From: Eledone cirrhosa | Lineage: Eukaryota | Reading direction: 5' to 3' | Assembly: GCA_964016885.1 (NCBI GenBank) | Contig: OZ024765.1 | Coordinates: 12,710,001 to 12,774,000 of the forward strand | Length of the DNA: 64,000 nucleotides | Part shown: one piece after another, positions 42,201-55,325 of the stretch | How positions within the stretch are numbered: the stretch's first letter is position 1 | How the letters are laid out: each line of letters begins with the position of its first letter | Made by a program: the position numbers and the translations under genes | Notes under the pieces: model-generated | Told to the model about the DNA's origin: nothing | The model's database searches: none | The model's input: the letters and a program-made list of their open reading frames with translations, nothing else

Positions 42201-42697
42201 GAAATAGGGTCAGCTTTTCAAATACTTACTTTAATTATATATTTTAAACTACTTTTGTTTGATGTATTTATAATTTTGTACTGTATGGCCAGAATTTTAA
42301 TAAATATTATCATTTAGAATATAAATGTTGGACTGGCCAGTTACTTCCATAGAATTATAACAGGTTAGATCTAAATACACACACTTTAAAACACACAGTT
42401 TTTCATCATAAAGCCAGGGGCAATTTCATGTGGGTTGGGATAAAAAAGGGTTGATAATAGATCCCTGGGTGTACCAATAAAGGATCAGTTTGGGGGTAAC
42501 CACAGAACATACTTCATTTTCATGAACAGGCGTTCAGCAAGATAAGGTATGTTTTAATAAACATTTCATAAAGATTAATTTTGAATGTAAGATAGCTTCA
42601 AGTAAGCTGCTTAATGCAGGTTTGTTTGTTCTTTAGTATGAAAAACAGTACAAAAGTTGGGTATATAAATAGACTGTGTGTTGAAACTAAATCAATT

Positions 42698-44716
42698 TTA
42701 GCGTGGATTATTATAAGGATACAGCTTTAGCACCATGAAATTATTTTGGTTTGAATCTTTGATGCTTTTCAGGGAAGTGTATGCCTCGATCTTCTGCAGG
42801 CAGTTATTCAGAGAAACGTTGCTGATTTTGAAGTCCAAACCAGTGCTGACACAAACAATGCGCAGTTTGCTGCACTTAGAGATGATAGCACTTATGCCTT
42901 TTACTGTCACCTTCAAGCACCGAATGACAATCAGATGTGATAAGTTGTGACTATTGACAGAGAGCTCAATAAGACTGTTGTCGGTCAGCTGCATCTGTTC
43001 ACCATTACACAGTGACCCACCACTAATATCAAGAGTGTTGAGCCGAGGACAAAGCTTTGCTATTGCTCCAACACCAGAGTCTGTCACACGAGTGCAACTG
43101 CGTAAGAATAACTTGTGCAGCCATGGACAGTTGTGCGCTAACTGCACGAGAGATGCATCACAGATTTGTTGGCAGAAGTTTAAATTTAATACTGTTAACT
43201 GCAAGACCTGTTTATGAAGACACTGCAAAGTCAAATGAACATCAGCACTATTTCCGTCTAGTATTTTTTCTTCAGCAGTTTCAGCAAGTGGTTCGGAATT
43301 TGGGGTTATACCATCATCATCATCAACATCATCATGATTACCATCATCAGGTGGAAGGTCAACATTTGGAACTTTCCCTGAGGAGATACTGGATTCATTC
43401 GAAGAAGTTCCATGTCTGGCACCAGGGAAAGTCAGTTTGGTAACGTTGAAGCAGTTATTGAGCAAAAGTATTTTGAGGAATCTACACTTAAGGAAGATGG
43501 ACTGAACAGAGTGCTCGGTCACCTGCAAACACACAGACAGATTCAAGAGGTTTAAATGAGGGCAAGAGCAGGCTATCTGTTCGACTGCCTGGTCTGTGAG
43601 GGCCAGGCAGCCAGCAAAGCCAAGTTTTCGCAAGTTGTGACAGTTGTTGATCAGGGATATAATACTAATATCAGTGATCCTTAAAAAGGGGTTGGTACTC
43701 AACTTCTCAAAGTCTGGGTGTGTTTCTTGCTCCTTCTCCGGGACCCCAATTAAATTCGTGAATTTGTCTTGATTGAAAACTTTGTGGTTGAGTGTGAAAT
43801 CTGTAATATTTCGACAGTACTGGGCCAAAGCTTTCACCCCTTCATCTGTTACGTATAAACAGTTTTCTAATGAGATGGACTGAAGCCGGGGACATCTCTC
43901 AGCAATTACTTTAATGGCATCATCATTTACTCTGGTGTTGTCCATATTTAAGCTAACGAGTGCATTATCAGATGTCAGCGTGTTTAACGCTTTGCCAGTT
44001 ACATGCCAACAACCCGCAACATTAAGATGCATCAGATGTTTTGTGACAGAGAGAATTGTATGCAAGGTTTCTTCAGATAAGTGACTGAATGTGATAGCAA
44101 AACATTGCAAGGCCGTACAACGAACAACAGCATCAGCAAGCAATGAATTTAAGTTGATTAGTGTGGGATTATTGGAGAGGACCTCATCAAAGTCCTGGTT
44201 TTCATAGAGATTCTTCTCAAAATTTTCCTCAAGCTTCAATACAACAGAAAGTGTTTTTAAACTAGAAAAATCTTGGTTTCTGAAAAATTCCAAAAATTTT
44301 GTGTAATTTCCCACTGGAGTTAATTCCAAGAATAGTTCCTCCAATTTGGGATATTTATTGAGGAGTTTCTCCAGAACTTCGGAATTTACAGGGATTTCAC
44401 ATAAGTCAATGCTGACCAAATTAGGGCAGTGGATTCCTTCATGGAGAATGCTAATTTCTGAGATGGTCAGACTGTGTCCAAAAATGATCTCCTCAATGCT
44501 GTCTGAAATAGAGTGAAGTAGACTTAAGAAGTTTCTGTCACTCATGCGTGATGCTGCGTCACGATCACCGAGATTAACCGTTTTCCATAGAACAGCGTTG
44601 AAGCTGAGTTTATACCAGTAATTACACGTCAACCGCACCCCCAAGACAACATCCGCGAATGGTAGATAGTGGAATATCTTCAGTAAGCATTCCTTTGGTA
44701 AATCATTCAAATACAT
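42698..44716 (-). CDS. F-box/leucine-rich repeat protein (FBXL family), 672 aa, single coding exon
   Basis: N-terminal F-box LNDLPKECLLKIFHYLPFADVVLGVRLTCNYW; cysteine-containing LRRs (CPRLQSISLENCLYVTDEGV, CPWLHKLFLRSCTRVTDSGV); strong acceptor TTTTTTGGTTCAG at 45074 implies a 5' UTR intron. Confidence 0.95.
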   Translation of the reverse strand: MYLNDLPKECLLKIFHYLPFADVVLGVRLTCNYWYKLSFNAVLWKTVNLGDRDAASRMSDRNFLSLLHSISDSIEEIIFGHSLTISEISILHEGIHCPNLVSIDLCEIPVNSEVLEKLLNKYPKLEELFLELTPVGNYTKFLEFFRNQDFSSLKTLSVVLKLEENFEKNLYENQDFDEVLSNNPTLINLNSLLADAVVRCTALQCFAITFSHLSEETLHTILSVTKHLMHLNVAGCWHVTGKALNTLTSDNALVSLNMDNTRVNDDAIKVIAERCPRLQSISLENCLYVTDEGVKALAQYCRNITDFTLNHKVFNQDKFTNLIGVPEKEQETHPDFEKLSTNPFLRITDISIISLINNCHNLRKLGFAGCLALTDQAVEQIACSCPHLNLLNLSVCLQVTEHSVQSIFLKCRFLKILLLNNCFNVTKLTFPGARHGTSSNESSISSGKVPNVDLPPDDGNHDDVDDDDGITPNSEPLAETAEEKILDGNSADVHLTLQCLHKQVLQLTVLNLNFCQQICDASLVQLAHNCPWLHKLFLRSCTRVTDSGVGAIAKLCPRLNTLDISGGSLCNGEQMQLTDNSLIELSVNSHNLSHLIVIRCLKVTVKGISAIISKCSKLRIVCVSTGLDFKISNVSLNNCLQKIEAYTSLKSIKDSNQNNFMVLKLYPYNNPR

Positions 44717-46099
44717 ATTTGCAATGATGGTGACGGTGGTGCTGGTGGATGTTCAGCTAAGGGTGGTGGGAGATAGTTTGTGGTGGTGGGAGATAGTTTG
44801 TGGTGGTGCTGGTGAGGGTTGGTAGTTTGTTGTGGTGGTGGTAGGGAGCGGTTTGTGGTGATGGTTAGTGTGGGTTGTTTGTGGTGAAGATAGGAAGTTT
44901 GTAGTGATGTAATGGTAGTGGTGGGTAGGCAATTTGTTTGTTTGTGGTGGTGGTGAGGGTGGATAGTTTGTTGTGCTGGTGGTGGTGGTAGTTTGTTTGT
45001 GGTGGTGGTGGTGGTTGTGGCTAGTTCTTCCTTGTAAGATTACTTCACTGGACTGACAAGACGGACAAAATATCTGAACCAAAAAATAAAAGAAAAAAGA
45101 AAACAACAATAAATGGAGAAGAAAAAGAATGACTAAAAAAAAAAAGAATGGAAGAATAAAAGAAGGAAAGAATAAATGGAGAGAATGAAAGATGAATGAA
45201 AAGAATAAAAGAAAAAGATTGGAAGGACAACTTTAACAATGTAATCCTCAAGAAGGATGGACCCTGTTGTATTACAGGTACAGCTTCTGTCTAAAAAAAT
45301 CTAAAGTCTGTCTCAAGCCTGGAGGCTAGGCCAGTGTTTACCCCAGTTTCCTTGGCATTAGGCAACTCATGCCACACCACTCCCAAAACAGCCAGCCAAA
45401 GGTTCCTGACACTCAAAGAATTCCTGAACCACGACAGATTCTTTACTACAGACCAACTGGTCACTATTTCCAATCTTTAATGAATCCAGTTAATGTTATA
45501 TATAGGGGCTAGTCTTCACCCCAACCTTATTCTTTCCATACACTGTTCACTTTCCTGACATTTGTACATTATTCTATGTACTATACATGCACCTTTGATG
45601 AGTTGTAGTGCGCCTGAGCACTGTACACAATTTTCATTGTTGACTTTGCCTTTCATCCTTACGGGGTCGATAAAATAAAGTACCAGTAATGCACTGGGTA
45701 TTTGCTGGCCTTGTGCCTAAAGTAGAAACAATTATATATACTTATACACATAAGACACCCCCTCTCCTCCGCCCAGATACTGCTGCTACTCATTTTCAGC
45801 TGAGTATACTGGATCAACGCGACATTAAGTGTTTTGCTGAAGAACCAAACATATTTGATATCGGGGCGGCAGCGGCGGACCGACTGAACTCGTAAAATTT
45901 CGAAGACGGAAAACTCAGTCCAGGAATCGAACCCACGACATTATGATCGTAAGTTAAACATCCTTACGACTAGGTCACACACTTTCACAGCTGTACACAG
46001 GAATAACAGTAAAGTTAAAGGGCATTTAACTACTGATGGATTAGTAGGGGCGCTATCTTGGAATACAAGCTCTGAATAGGGGAGAGGAGGTTGAGCACT

Positions 46100-48150
46100 G
46101 CTCTTCCCGTGAGAACAAAATCTGTGTTTATTTATGACCGCCTTTCTTCCAGTCTCCACACATGGTAAATAACACAGAGCGGGGTCGAACCCAGGAGCTA
46201 ATAACTGCGAAACGAACCCTTGAACCGTTCGGCCATGCTAGATTTACTCGATTGAAGAGCGGTTTCAAAGCGAGTCAATTTAGAGTTATCTCCCTTGCAC
46301 AATTTCCATCCGTCACTGTGGTAGCGATGATATCAGTCTGTATTTATGAGAAACAGCTATTTTTGTCTACATCTTCACACTGTATCTCCTATCAGTAAAT
46401 AATTTCTTCTAAGAAGTTTAGTCTCACTATGCCGGCAGCAGTAAGTATGTGAGTCTTTGAAAAAAAGTTGGGGGATAATTTCGAAATATGGAGGGAAAAG
46501 CCGCCACATACGGGCTCAATTAATTAATACTAAGAATACCACTATTACTAAACATCTTTTTGAATAATATAATAATTATATAAACATATCGTATGGACGT
46601 TCATATACAATTCTATTATGAACCACGCTATGTTAAATAAATATGACAAGGCTTAGTAGTTAATTAATCCAACACACTCACAGAATTGTTGCAGGTAATA
46701 GATAGCATTTCATTTGACGTATCATATCTACATGCTTATATTTGCGTATAATATCAATATGCACACTACACATGCTTATATTTGCGTATAATATCAATAT
46801 GCACACTACACATGCTAGCAGAAACCACTCGAACAGTGGTATTATAACTAGCAGAAAACCACCCGAAGAGTGTTTTTCTGCTAGTAATAATAATGATTTC
46901 TTATTTAGACACAAGGCCAGCAATTTTGGGTAGGGGAAAGTCGATTAAATCGACCCAGTGCATAACTGCTGCTTTATTTTATCGAACCCGTGAGGATGAA
47001 AGGCAAAGCTAACCTCGGTGGCATTTGAACTCAAAACATAAAGGGTCGTAACTCTATGCTGCAAAGCAAGGTGTCCGGCGCTCTGCCGATACTGCTAATC
47101 AGTAATAATTGTTTCAACTTTTGGCACAAGGCCAGAAATTATTCCAGTGCGTTACTGGTACTTTTTTTTATCGACACCTTAAGGATGAAAGGTAAAGTTA
47201 ACTTCGGCGGGATTTGAACTCGGAACGCAAAGGACCGTAACTCGGTACTGCAAAACATGGCGTCCGACCCTCCACCGATATTGCCAATAATAAGTGTTTC
47301 TACTTTTGGCACAAAAAAAGTATAGGAAAAAGTATGACCCCGATGGCAGAGCTCAAGCCGTTTCGACGGCTATTTCTGGACTCCAGAAATAGCCGTCGGG
47401 GTCATACTTTTTCCTATTACCCACTCTACTCCCCTAAGTATTGAGTACTCTGGTGCGTTATGATCCATCTGGTTCCTTATCACAACTCCTTCGTTATATA
47501 TATATATCTATATCTATATTAAAACGGTTTTGAAGGCCAGATTCATTCAAAACACATCATAAATAATAAAAACATAAATTTAACCTTCAAAACTCCAACC
47601 AGCCCTTAAAACTATCATACATTTCTTTAATATTTACTATCAACAGTAAACAATTTATCAAACAAAACAACCGGGTAAATATTGATCAATATCGATAATT
47701 ACCAACGACGCTGTTATCAATGTCACGGAGTCAGCCCAAGGCGGAAGTGGAACTCTTCAAAGCATGCCAAGTGCGAAATTAAAAAAGCTACGCCGTCGCT
47801 TAGTTACGGATGATGCTGTCTTAAAGTTGTTATTTATAATTTATTTTTTATTTATTTTAAGATTTTCTTAATATCGCAGTGTGCGTATATATATATATAT
47901 ATATATCGCTCTAACACTTATATACACGCTCGTATTATATATATACACCTCACACACTCTTTCTATCTCGGATATTTCTCTCGCTCTACCTAATATATTT
48001 CAATTAAGTTAAGTATCAATATTTAGTTATGTTACACATTAATTATTATCCACTATCAACATCACACACACACACACGTAACTTCTACGGACGTCTCTGA
48101 GCCAATCCTCTGCGAAACGAGAGTAACAGGCAAGTACACAATAAAAAAAA
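46100..48150. promoter_or_regulatory. Candidate divergent promoter region between FBXL and DLEC1
   Basis: CpG-retaining patches, ETS-like GGCGGAAGTG (about 47740), X-box-like GTCACTGTGGTAGC (about 46312), plus-strand donor-like GTAAGT (46441) and CAG|GCAAGT (about 48130). Confidence 0.4.
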
Positions 48151-48452
48151 CTAACTACATGTACACGAAATTACATTTTTTCTTTATATATATACATATA
48201 TCAGATGTATTCTTTTGTGAAAATGGGTAAAGCTTTCGTTATGTAAAAATCCCCATTTTGCCTCATTTCTCCCCCGTTTTAGGGCACTTTTTTCATGGTA
48301 CTCCCCGTTTAGGTTTTTGGAGGTTGGCCGGTCTGATATTTACAAATGTGCGGAATCTAAACATATCAAATATGCTTGATGTTTGTGCTTCGCAATAAAA
48401 AAGCTTTGTATATATACAATATACTGTGTATTTACTTGGCTACATGGTCCCT

Positions 48453-48490
<38 letters not shown>

Positions 48491-49172
48491 CATATATCTT
48501 TTACCTTTGAATTATATATATGTATGTATGTACATGAAGTCCAAACACATCCGGCTATTCCCAGTGAATGATTTGGTTGCCAACTCTGTGCAAGACATTT
48601 TATCATTGGCTGGGCAAAAGAGCCACATTTGATCGCAGCACTGCTAATTGTTATTGTGTGTGTATATATATATATATATATACATATCATGAATGGACCT
48701 GTTATTTTTATCTAAAGACATTTTTTCCAATTCCACCCAGCCCGTCCCCTCATTCTATCCTATTTCTCATTCTTTATAGTGTGGTGGGATGACAGGCAGA
48801 CTAACTGCTGGAAAGGAACACTGTATGTAGTACATGTTCAGAGTTAACTGATACATACCCACATAAATACACGCTCTCACACACTTATAAATACATGCCA
48901 ATACACACATAAATTCATGTACATACACACACATTCACTCGCCCCACACACAAATACATGTACACACAAACACACTTACTATGCGTTCATCCCAGACACA
49001 TATACACATCAAACACACATATACATTCTCTAAACATACACACACATTATGTCAAATAAATATACATTCTATTCACTAATATTTATGCTTTGTTACAGGT
49101 TTACCCACGTTAATCACTGGTTTACCCACGTTAATCACTTGGTACACCATTGCTGGTGGTGAGACCAAAGAC

Positions 49173-49210
49173 ATGTCTCAAGGCATGTCTCAAACGGCAC
49201 CAGAGCCTGT
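49173..49210 (+). CDS. DLEC1: DLEC1 putative first coding exon (exon starts 49099)
   Basis: Acceptor TTGTTACAG; MSQGMSQTAPEP + GT, donor GTATGT; phase 2 matches the next exon. No homology support. Confidence 0.5.
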
Positions 49211-49319
49211 GTATGTAGAGTTCCATTTTCTCACGAATTTTTTTATGTCCATACAATAAAAAGTTGCACATACACACTTATATATACATATATCCACATA
49301 GATAGATGCTCACACACAA

Positions 49320-49605
49320 ATCATCATCATCATCATCATTTTACGACTGCTTTTCCCTGCTTGCAAGGGTGGGACAGGTCCTATTCAGCACAGCATCTCT
49401 CCACTTCGTCATCTCCTTGGTGAGCTTCAGCAATCTGAGGTCTGCTCTCACCACCTCCACCCATGTTTTACGTGGTCTACCTCTTCTGCGACTTCCTTCT
49501 ACTGGGATTTCTTGGCACTTCTTTACCCATCGGTCATCCTCCATGCGCATCACATGTCCATACCACCTCAGCCTTCTCTCCTGCATACCACAACTTATCC
49601 CTTTT
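49320..49605 (-). mobile_element. RTE LINE 3' end
   Basis: MQERRLRWYGHVMRMEDDRWVKKCQEIPVEGSRRRGRPRKTW, followed by a (GAT)n tail. Confidence 0.85.
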
Positions 49606-50317
49606 ATATATATAGACTTAGATAGATGGTCACATGCAAATTTATACATATATATACACTTAGGTAGTTGATCACCCACATTTATGCATGTATAGTACAT
49701 AGAATAATGTACAAATGTCAGGAAAGTGAACAGCGTAAAAGTCATGATATACATGTGTACGCATGTGTGTGAAGGGGGCGAATATCTGGTGTAGTGTTGG
49801 CGAATTTCAGGAAGCATGGAAGTTTTAAAGGATGCAGTGTCTCGACAGCTAACAACTGATGCAGGTAGTTTGTTCCATGCTTCAGCAACTCTGAGCGTGA
49901 AAAAATGTTTTCGAAAGTCATGGGAGCTGTGCTGTTTTCTAACTTCATAATAATAATAATGAAATGATTGTGTACAGTACTCAGGTGCATGTATAGTGCA
50001 TAGAATAATGTTCAAATGTCAGGAAAATGAACAGTGTATTAGTCATGAAATGCATGTGTGCGTGTGTATGTGTTGCTTCAGCAACTCTGAGCGTGAAAAA
50101 AATGTTTCCAAAAGCCATGGGAGCTGTGCTGTTTTCTGACTTAGTAGGCATGCCCATGGGTGTTAGACACATGGAATTCGATAAGGTGCTCAGGGTTGTT
50201 GTTGGCAAGATGGTTAATAACTTTGTGGGTGTTTACCAAATCAGTTGCCAGACGTCGGAGCTTCAATACACACATGAATGCATAGATACATGCACACACA
50301 CACAAATACACGCTCAT

Positions 50318-50525
50318 ACATACATATATACAAAGTTGCTCAGACTCATACAAATAAATACATGCTCATACATACATATATACAAAGTTGCTCAGACTCA
50401 TACAAATAAATACATGCTCATACATACATATATACAAAGTTGCTCAGACTCATACAAATAAATACATGCTCATACATACATATATACAAAGTTGCTCAGA
50501 CTCATACAAATAAATACATGCTCAC
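50318..50525. repeat. 52-bp tandem repeat
   Basis: TACATGCTCATACATACATATATACAAAGTTGCTCAGACTCATACAAATAAA, about 4 copies. Confidence 0.9.
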
Positions 50526-51105
50526 ATATACACTTAAATGCATATTCACACACACACACACACATTAATACACATTTATATTAATGTTGTTAGTTATGAT
50601 GGTGGTGGTAGTGGGGATAATGTTGATGGTGATGATAGTGATGGTGGTAATGATGATAACAAGAGTTAAGAATGAAGGTGGTGATTAGGAAGAGGATGAT
50701 AATGATCATCATCATCATCATATAACGTCCACTTTCCATGCTAGCATGGGTTAGACGGGTTGTCCCATTTCAGACAAGTTGGATCAGGTGACCATGTCTT
50801 GCTCATATAGGTTTGTTTCTGGCTAGATTTCTACAGCTGGATGACCTTCCTAACACCACATTTACAGTGTGTACTGGGTGCTTTTTGCTGCTGCTGTTGA
50901 TGATGGTGATGGTGGTGATGATGATGATGGTAATGGTGACGATGATGATGATGATGATGGTTATGATGATGATTGTGATGGTTATGATGATGATGGTGGT
51001 TATGATGATGATGATGATTGTGTGTCCATTTTATTATTTATTTATTTACTTGTTTGTTTTGTTGAATAACTCATGGCTGTTGTTTGCGTTTCTATATTTC
51101 ACAAG

Positions 51106-51340
51106 CTACAGCGGATTGAGGCAGGAGACATCCACGGACGCTTCAAGGAACTTGGAGTACCCCATGCTGCTTCAACGTCCGGCCACTGTGAAGTGCCAGG
51201 ACATAAACCATGTGCTTACATCGGCCCTCCGGGATGTTCTCGGAAAGGACAAGATCTGTAAGCAAATGATGCAAAACCTGGTGACCTCAAAAGGCAGCAA
51301 AGATCCCTATCACGAGCAATACGTAGATCTTCTCAGCCAG
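51106..51340 (+). CDS. DLEC1: DLEC1 exon
   Basis: QRPATVKCQDINHVLTSALRDV...NLVTSKGSKDPYHEQYVDLLSQ resembles human DLEC1 RPSSLRTQDISHLLTGVFRN...IKARGSENERHEEFVDQLQQ (recalled); alternative in-frame acceptor at 51111; donor GT at 51341. Confidence 0.85.
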
Positions 51341-51489
51341 GTTGGTCATTGCTTATATACATACATGTGTTTATCTTTCTATTTCTGTGTGTTTGAGTGT
51401 GTTTCTACTTCTTTGTGTTTAATATCAAAGAAGAACAGTTGTAATGTACTTAAGCTCTGTACACAATAATTTTCATTATTATACATACA

Positions 51490-52980
51490 AGGGCGGTGGA
51501 TTGGCAGTATCAGTAGATGGTCGGACACCATGCTTTGCAGCAAAGAGTTACGAATGGTACCGGTGACATACTTTAAAAGTCCCCGTCATAATTTTAATCA
51601 CTATTAACCATAATAAGAGATCACGCGTTTTTGTGTGTGTATATATAAGCAAAAGGGATATTCAATTTGTTGGTAATTCAACAAATATAAATGTTTATAA
51701 CAGATTCAAAGCACTCGACAAGTTTTCTGGAGTATAATATTCAATGATATTAAATAAAGATTAGCAGTATCGGTAGAGGGTCGGACGCCATGCCTTGACG
51801 CATAGAGTTACGGCCCTTGCCATTCTGAGTTCAAATCCTGCCGAGGTTAACTTTGCCTTTCATCCTTACGGGGTCGATAAAATAAAGTACCAGTAATGCA
51901 CTGGGTAATTGCTGGCCTTGTGCCTAAAGTAGAAACAATTATTTATTGAAAGTATTGAGGGCGGTGGATTGGCAGTATTGGGAGAGGGTCGGACGCCATG
52001 CTTTTCAGCATAGACTTATGGCCCTTTATGATCTGAGTTCAAATGCCGCCGAGATTAACTCTGCCTTTCATCCTTACGGGGTTGATAAAATAAAGCAGCA
52101 GTAATGTACTGGGGTTGATTTAATCGACTTTCCCCTCCCCCCAAATTACTGGCCTTGTGCCTATATAAGAAATCATTATTTTACTGGATTGGCAGTATTG
52201 GTAGAGGGTCGGACGCCATGTTTTGCAGCACAGTTAGGTCCCTTTACGGACTGAGTTCAAATCCCGCCGAGGTTAACTTTGCCTTTCATCGTTACAGGGT
52301 CGATAAAATAAAGCACCAGTAATACACTGGGATAATTGCTGGCCTTGCGCCAAATGTAGAAACAATTATTATACATACAACATCCCGGGTATGCTAACTA
52401 ACTTGACTTTACAGCGGAATGTTTATGATATCAGCGCGATATAACAGAAGTTGAAATTTGAAACTTTTAACAGAAGGGAATCTTGAAATAAGCAGTACAT
52501 TAAATTATTTATGTCTAATCATCTGTTACAAAATTTAGTAGATAAATTATATAATATTCATTCATTATTTATTGAAAGAGGGCGGTGGATTGGCAGTATC
52601 GGTAGAGGGTCGGACGCCATGCTTTACAGCATAGTTACGGCCCTTTACAATCTGAGTTTAAATCCCGTCGAGGTTGACTTTGCCTTTCATCCTTACAGGG
52701 TCGATAAAATAAAGTACCAGTAATGCACTGGGTAATTGCTGGCCTTGTGCCTAAAGTAGAAACAATTATTTATTGAAAGTATTGAGGGCGGTGGATTGGC
52801 AGTATTGGGAGAGGGTCGGACGCCATGCTTTGACGTATAGAGTTATGGCCCTTGCCATTCTGAGTTCAAATCCCGCCGAGGTTAACTTTGCCTTTCATCC
52901 TTACGGGGGTCGATAAAATAAAGTACCAGTAATGCACTGGGTAATTGCTGGTCTTGTGCCTAACGTAGAAACAATTATTT
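51490..52980 (+). mobile_element. Cluster of same-orientation SINE copies in a DLEC1 intron
   Basis: At least 5 near-full copies of GGATTGGCAGTAT...GTAGAAACAATTATT. Confidence 0.9.
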
Positions 52981-53047
52981 ATTGAAAGTAATCTAACTTT
53001 AAAAATTACTCTGACACAGTCTCGCAGTTCTCTTCATTATATTATAG

Positions 53048-53960
53048 ATGGTAATGAAAGGGTTAACGACATAGACAGTGTCTTTCATTAGAAATATGGT
53101 AATGAAAGGGTTAACGACATAGACAGTGTCTTTCATTAGAAATATGGTAATGAAAGGGTTAACGACATAGACAGTGTCTTTCATTAGAAATATGGTAATG
53201 AAAGGGTTAACGACATAGACAGTGTCTTTCATTAGAAATATGGTAATGAAAGGGTTAATGACATAGACAGTGTCTTACATTAGAAATATGGTATTGAAAG
53301 GGTTAATGACAGACAGTGTTTTTCATTAGAAATAGGGTAATGAAAGGGTTAATGACATAGACAGTGTCTTACATTAGAAATATGGTATTGAAAGGGTTAA
53401 TGACAGACAGTGTCTTTCATTAGAAATATGGTAATGAAAGGGTTAATGACATAGACAGTGTCTTTCATTAGAAATATGGTATTGAAAGGGTTAATGACAG
53501 ACAGTGTCTTTCATTAGAAATATGGTATTGAAAGGATTAGTGATAGACAGTGTCTTTCATTAGAAATATGGTAATGAAAGGGTTAAAGACAGACAGTGTC
53601 TTTCATTAGAAATATGGTAATGAAAGGGTTAAAGACAGACAGTGTCTTACATTAGAAATATGGTAATGAAAGGGTTAATGACATAGACAGTGTCTTTCAT
53701 TAGAAATATGGTAATGAAAGGGTTAAAGACAGACAGTGTCTTACATTAGAAATATGGTAATGAAAGGGTTAATGTCATAGACAGTGTCTTTCATTAGAAA
53801 TATGGTAATGAAAGGGTTAAAGACAGACAGTGTCTTACATTAGAAATATGGTAATGAAAGGGTTAACGACATAGATAGTGTCTTTCATTATAAATATGGT
53901 AATGAAAGGATTAATGACATAGACAGTGTCTTTCATTAAAAACATGGTAATGAAAGGATT
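53048..53960. repeat. 48/46-bp minisatellite with internal hairpin
   Basis: ATGGTAATGAAAGGGTTAACGACATAGACAGTGTCTTTCATTAGAAAT, about 19 copies. Confidence 0.95.
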
Positions 53961-54655
53961 TATGTGTGTTGTTTGTTTTCATAAGAGTTTGTGTGTGTTG
54001 TTTGTTTTCATAAGAGTGTGTGTGTGTTTCTACTTCTGTGTGTTTGTGTGTGTATGGGTTTGTATGTGTGTGTTGTTTGTTTTCATAAGTGTGTGTGTGT
54101 GTGTGTAATTGGGTGTGTTTGTATGAGTGTGTGTGTATGTGATGATGACAACGCCGTCATCGTTGTCTATTTAAATTTGTGTATGTGTGTGAATGTGTGT
54201 GTATTTGTGTATGTGTGTGTATTTGTGTATGTCTGTGGTTGTGTATCTGTATGTATGTGTATGCTTGCATTATTTGTGTATTAATGTTTACTTTTGCCTT
54301 TTTTATTTGCATTTCTACTTCCATACTACCACCACAACTACCCATACTACCACAACTGCCCATACCTCCACAACTACTCATACCACCATAACCACTACCC
54401 ATACCACCACAACCACTACACATGCTACCATAACCACTACCCATACTACCACAACCACTACACATGCTACCACAACCACTACCCATACTACCACAACCAC
54501 CACATCCACCTCCAACAACAACCACAACCATACCACCACTACCACTTGCTCCATACCACCTCCACAACTACAACCATACCACCACTACCATTTCCTCCAT
54601 ACCACAACCATCTCCCCCTCCATACCTCTACCACCATCACCACCACCACTAAAAG

Positions 54656-54806
54656 GTTTGTAAAGAGAGAGACAAACGAACGGCCAACATCACCATGCTG
54701 GAACGTCACTTAATGCAAGTTCAAGCTCGGGTAGTATCAGCAGATGAAAGGAAGTTGAACTCATTAAAATCTTATAGAGGCGATGAAGAACTGCTGATTC
54801 CAAAAG
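54656..54806 (+). CDS. DLEC1: DLEC1 exon
   Basis: VCKERDKRTANITMLERHLMQVQARVVSADERK, cf. human MLERHITQAQARAIAENER; donor GTAAG. Confidence 0.85.
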
Positions 54807-55029
54807 GTAAGAAAATAACAGATGGTTCTTGTCTAGCCCTAGGGTGGGATCAAATGTGTCATCATCATCATCGATTAGCGTCCATCTTCCACGCTAGCAT
54901 GGGTTAGACTGGTCCTATTTTAAAGCAAGTTGTGTCGGGTGACCGTGTCTCGCTCAAATAGAGAGATGGAGGCATTGACAACGGGAGTTCAGCTCTTCCA
55001 TGTTCGGACCTGGTGTGCAGCGTCAGTTG

Positions 55030-55325
55030 TCTGTAGGGAGGTAGTGGTTTGTACTCACTCAGTGAAAGTTTTTAGAACCTTGTTTGCAATTCCTGTATGT
55101 ATTATGGACTCCATAACAACACATCACCTGCTATTTCTTCCTTGCTGCGCCAACAGTGACCAGCAAATCTGAGTCTCTGTCCACGTATTGACCTGCTGAT
55201 AGGTGGTATATTGCCATAGAGATCCTTATTTGTTGGATGTTCCCTCTAAGACACGTTTAAAGCAGCACGGAGCATACGTGTGTATGCACCATTTAGCTTT
55301 TTCTCCAGTTTTGACGTTAGCGAGC
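55030..55325 (-). mobile_element. RTE LINE fragment
   Basis: KLEKKLNGAYTRMLRAALNVS*REHPTNKDLYG...RLRFAGHCWR. Confidence 0.8.

Noticed and set aside
42735-43443. Plus-strand ORFs overlapping the F-box gene
   Set aside because: Antisense shadows of the real minus-strand CDS with no recognisable domain.
46429-46440. ATGCCGGCAGCA|GTAAGT as DLEC1 start exon
   Set aside because: Phase 0 does not fit the DLEC1 frame at 49099 or 51106; at most a UTR exon or uORF.
47320-47415. Hammerhead in the palindrome here and at about 1455-1490, 18777-19074 and 61870-61960
   Set aside because: Only the GAAA-stem III-UH half is present; the CUGANGA strand is missing.
53048-53960. CRISPR-like array of hairpin repeats (also considered for 36327-36730 and 37490-38090)
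   Set aside because: No unique spacers, no cas genes, eukaryotic context.
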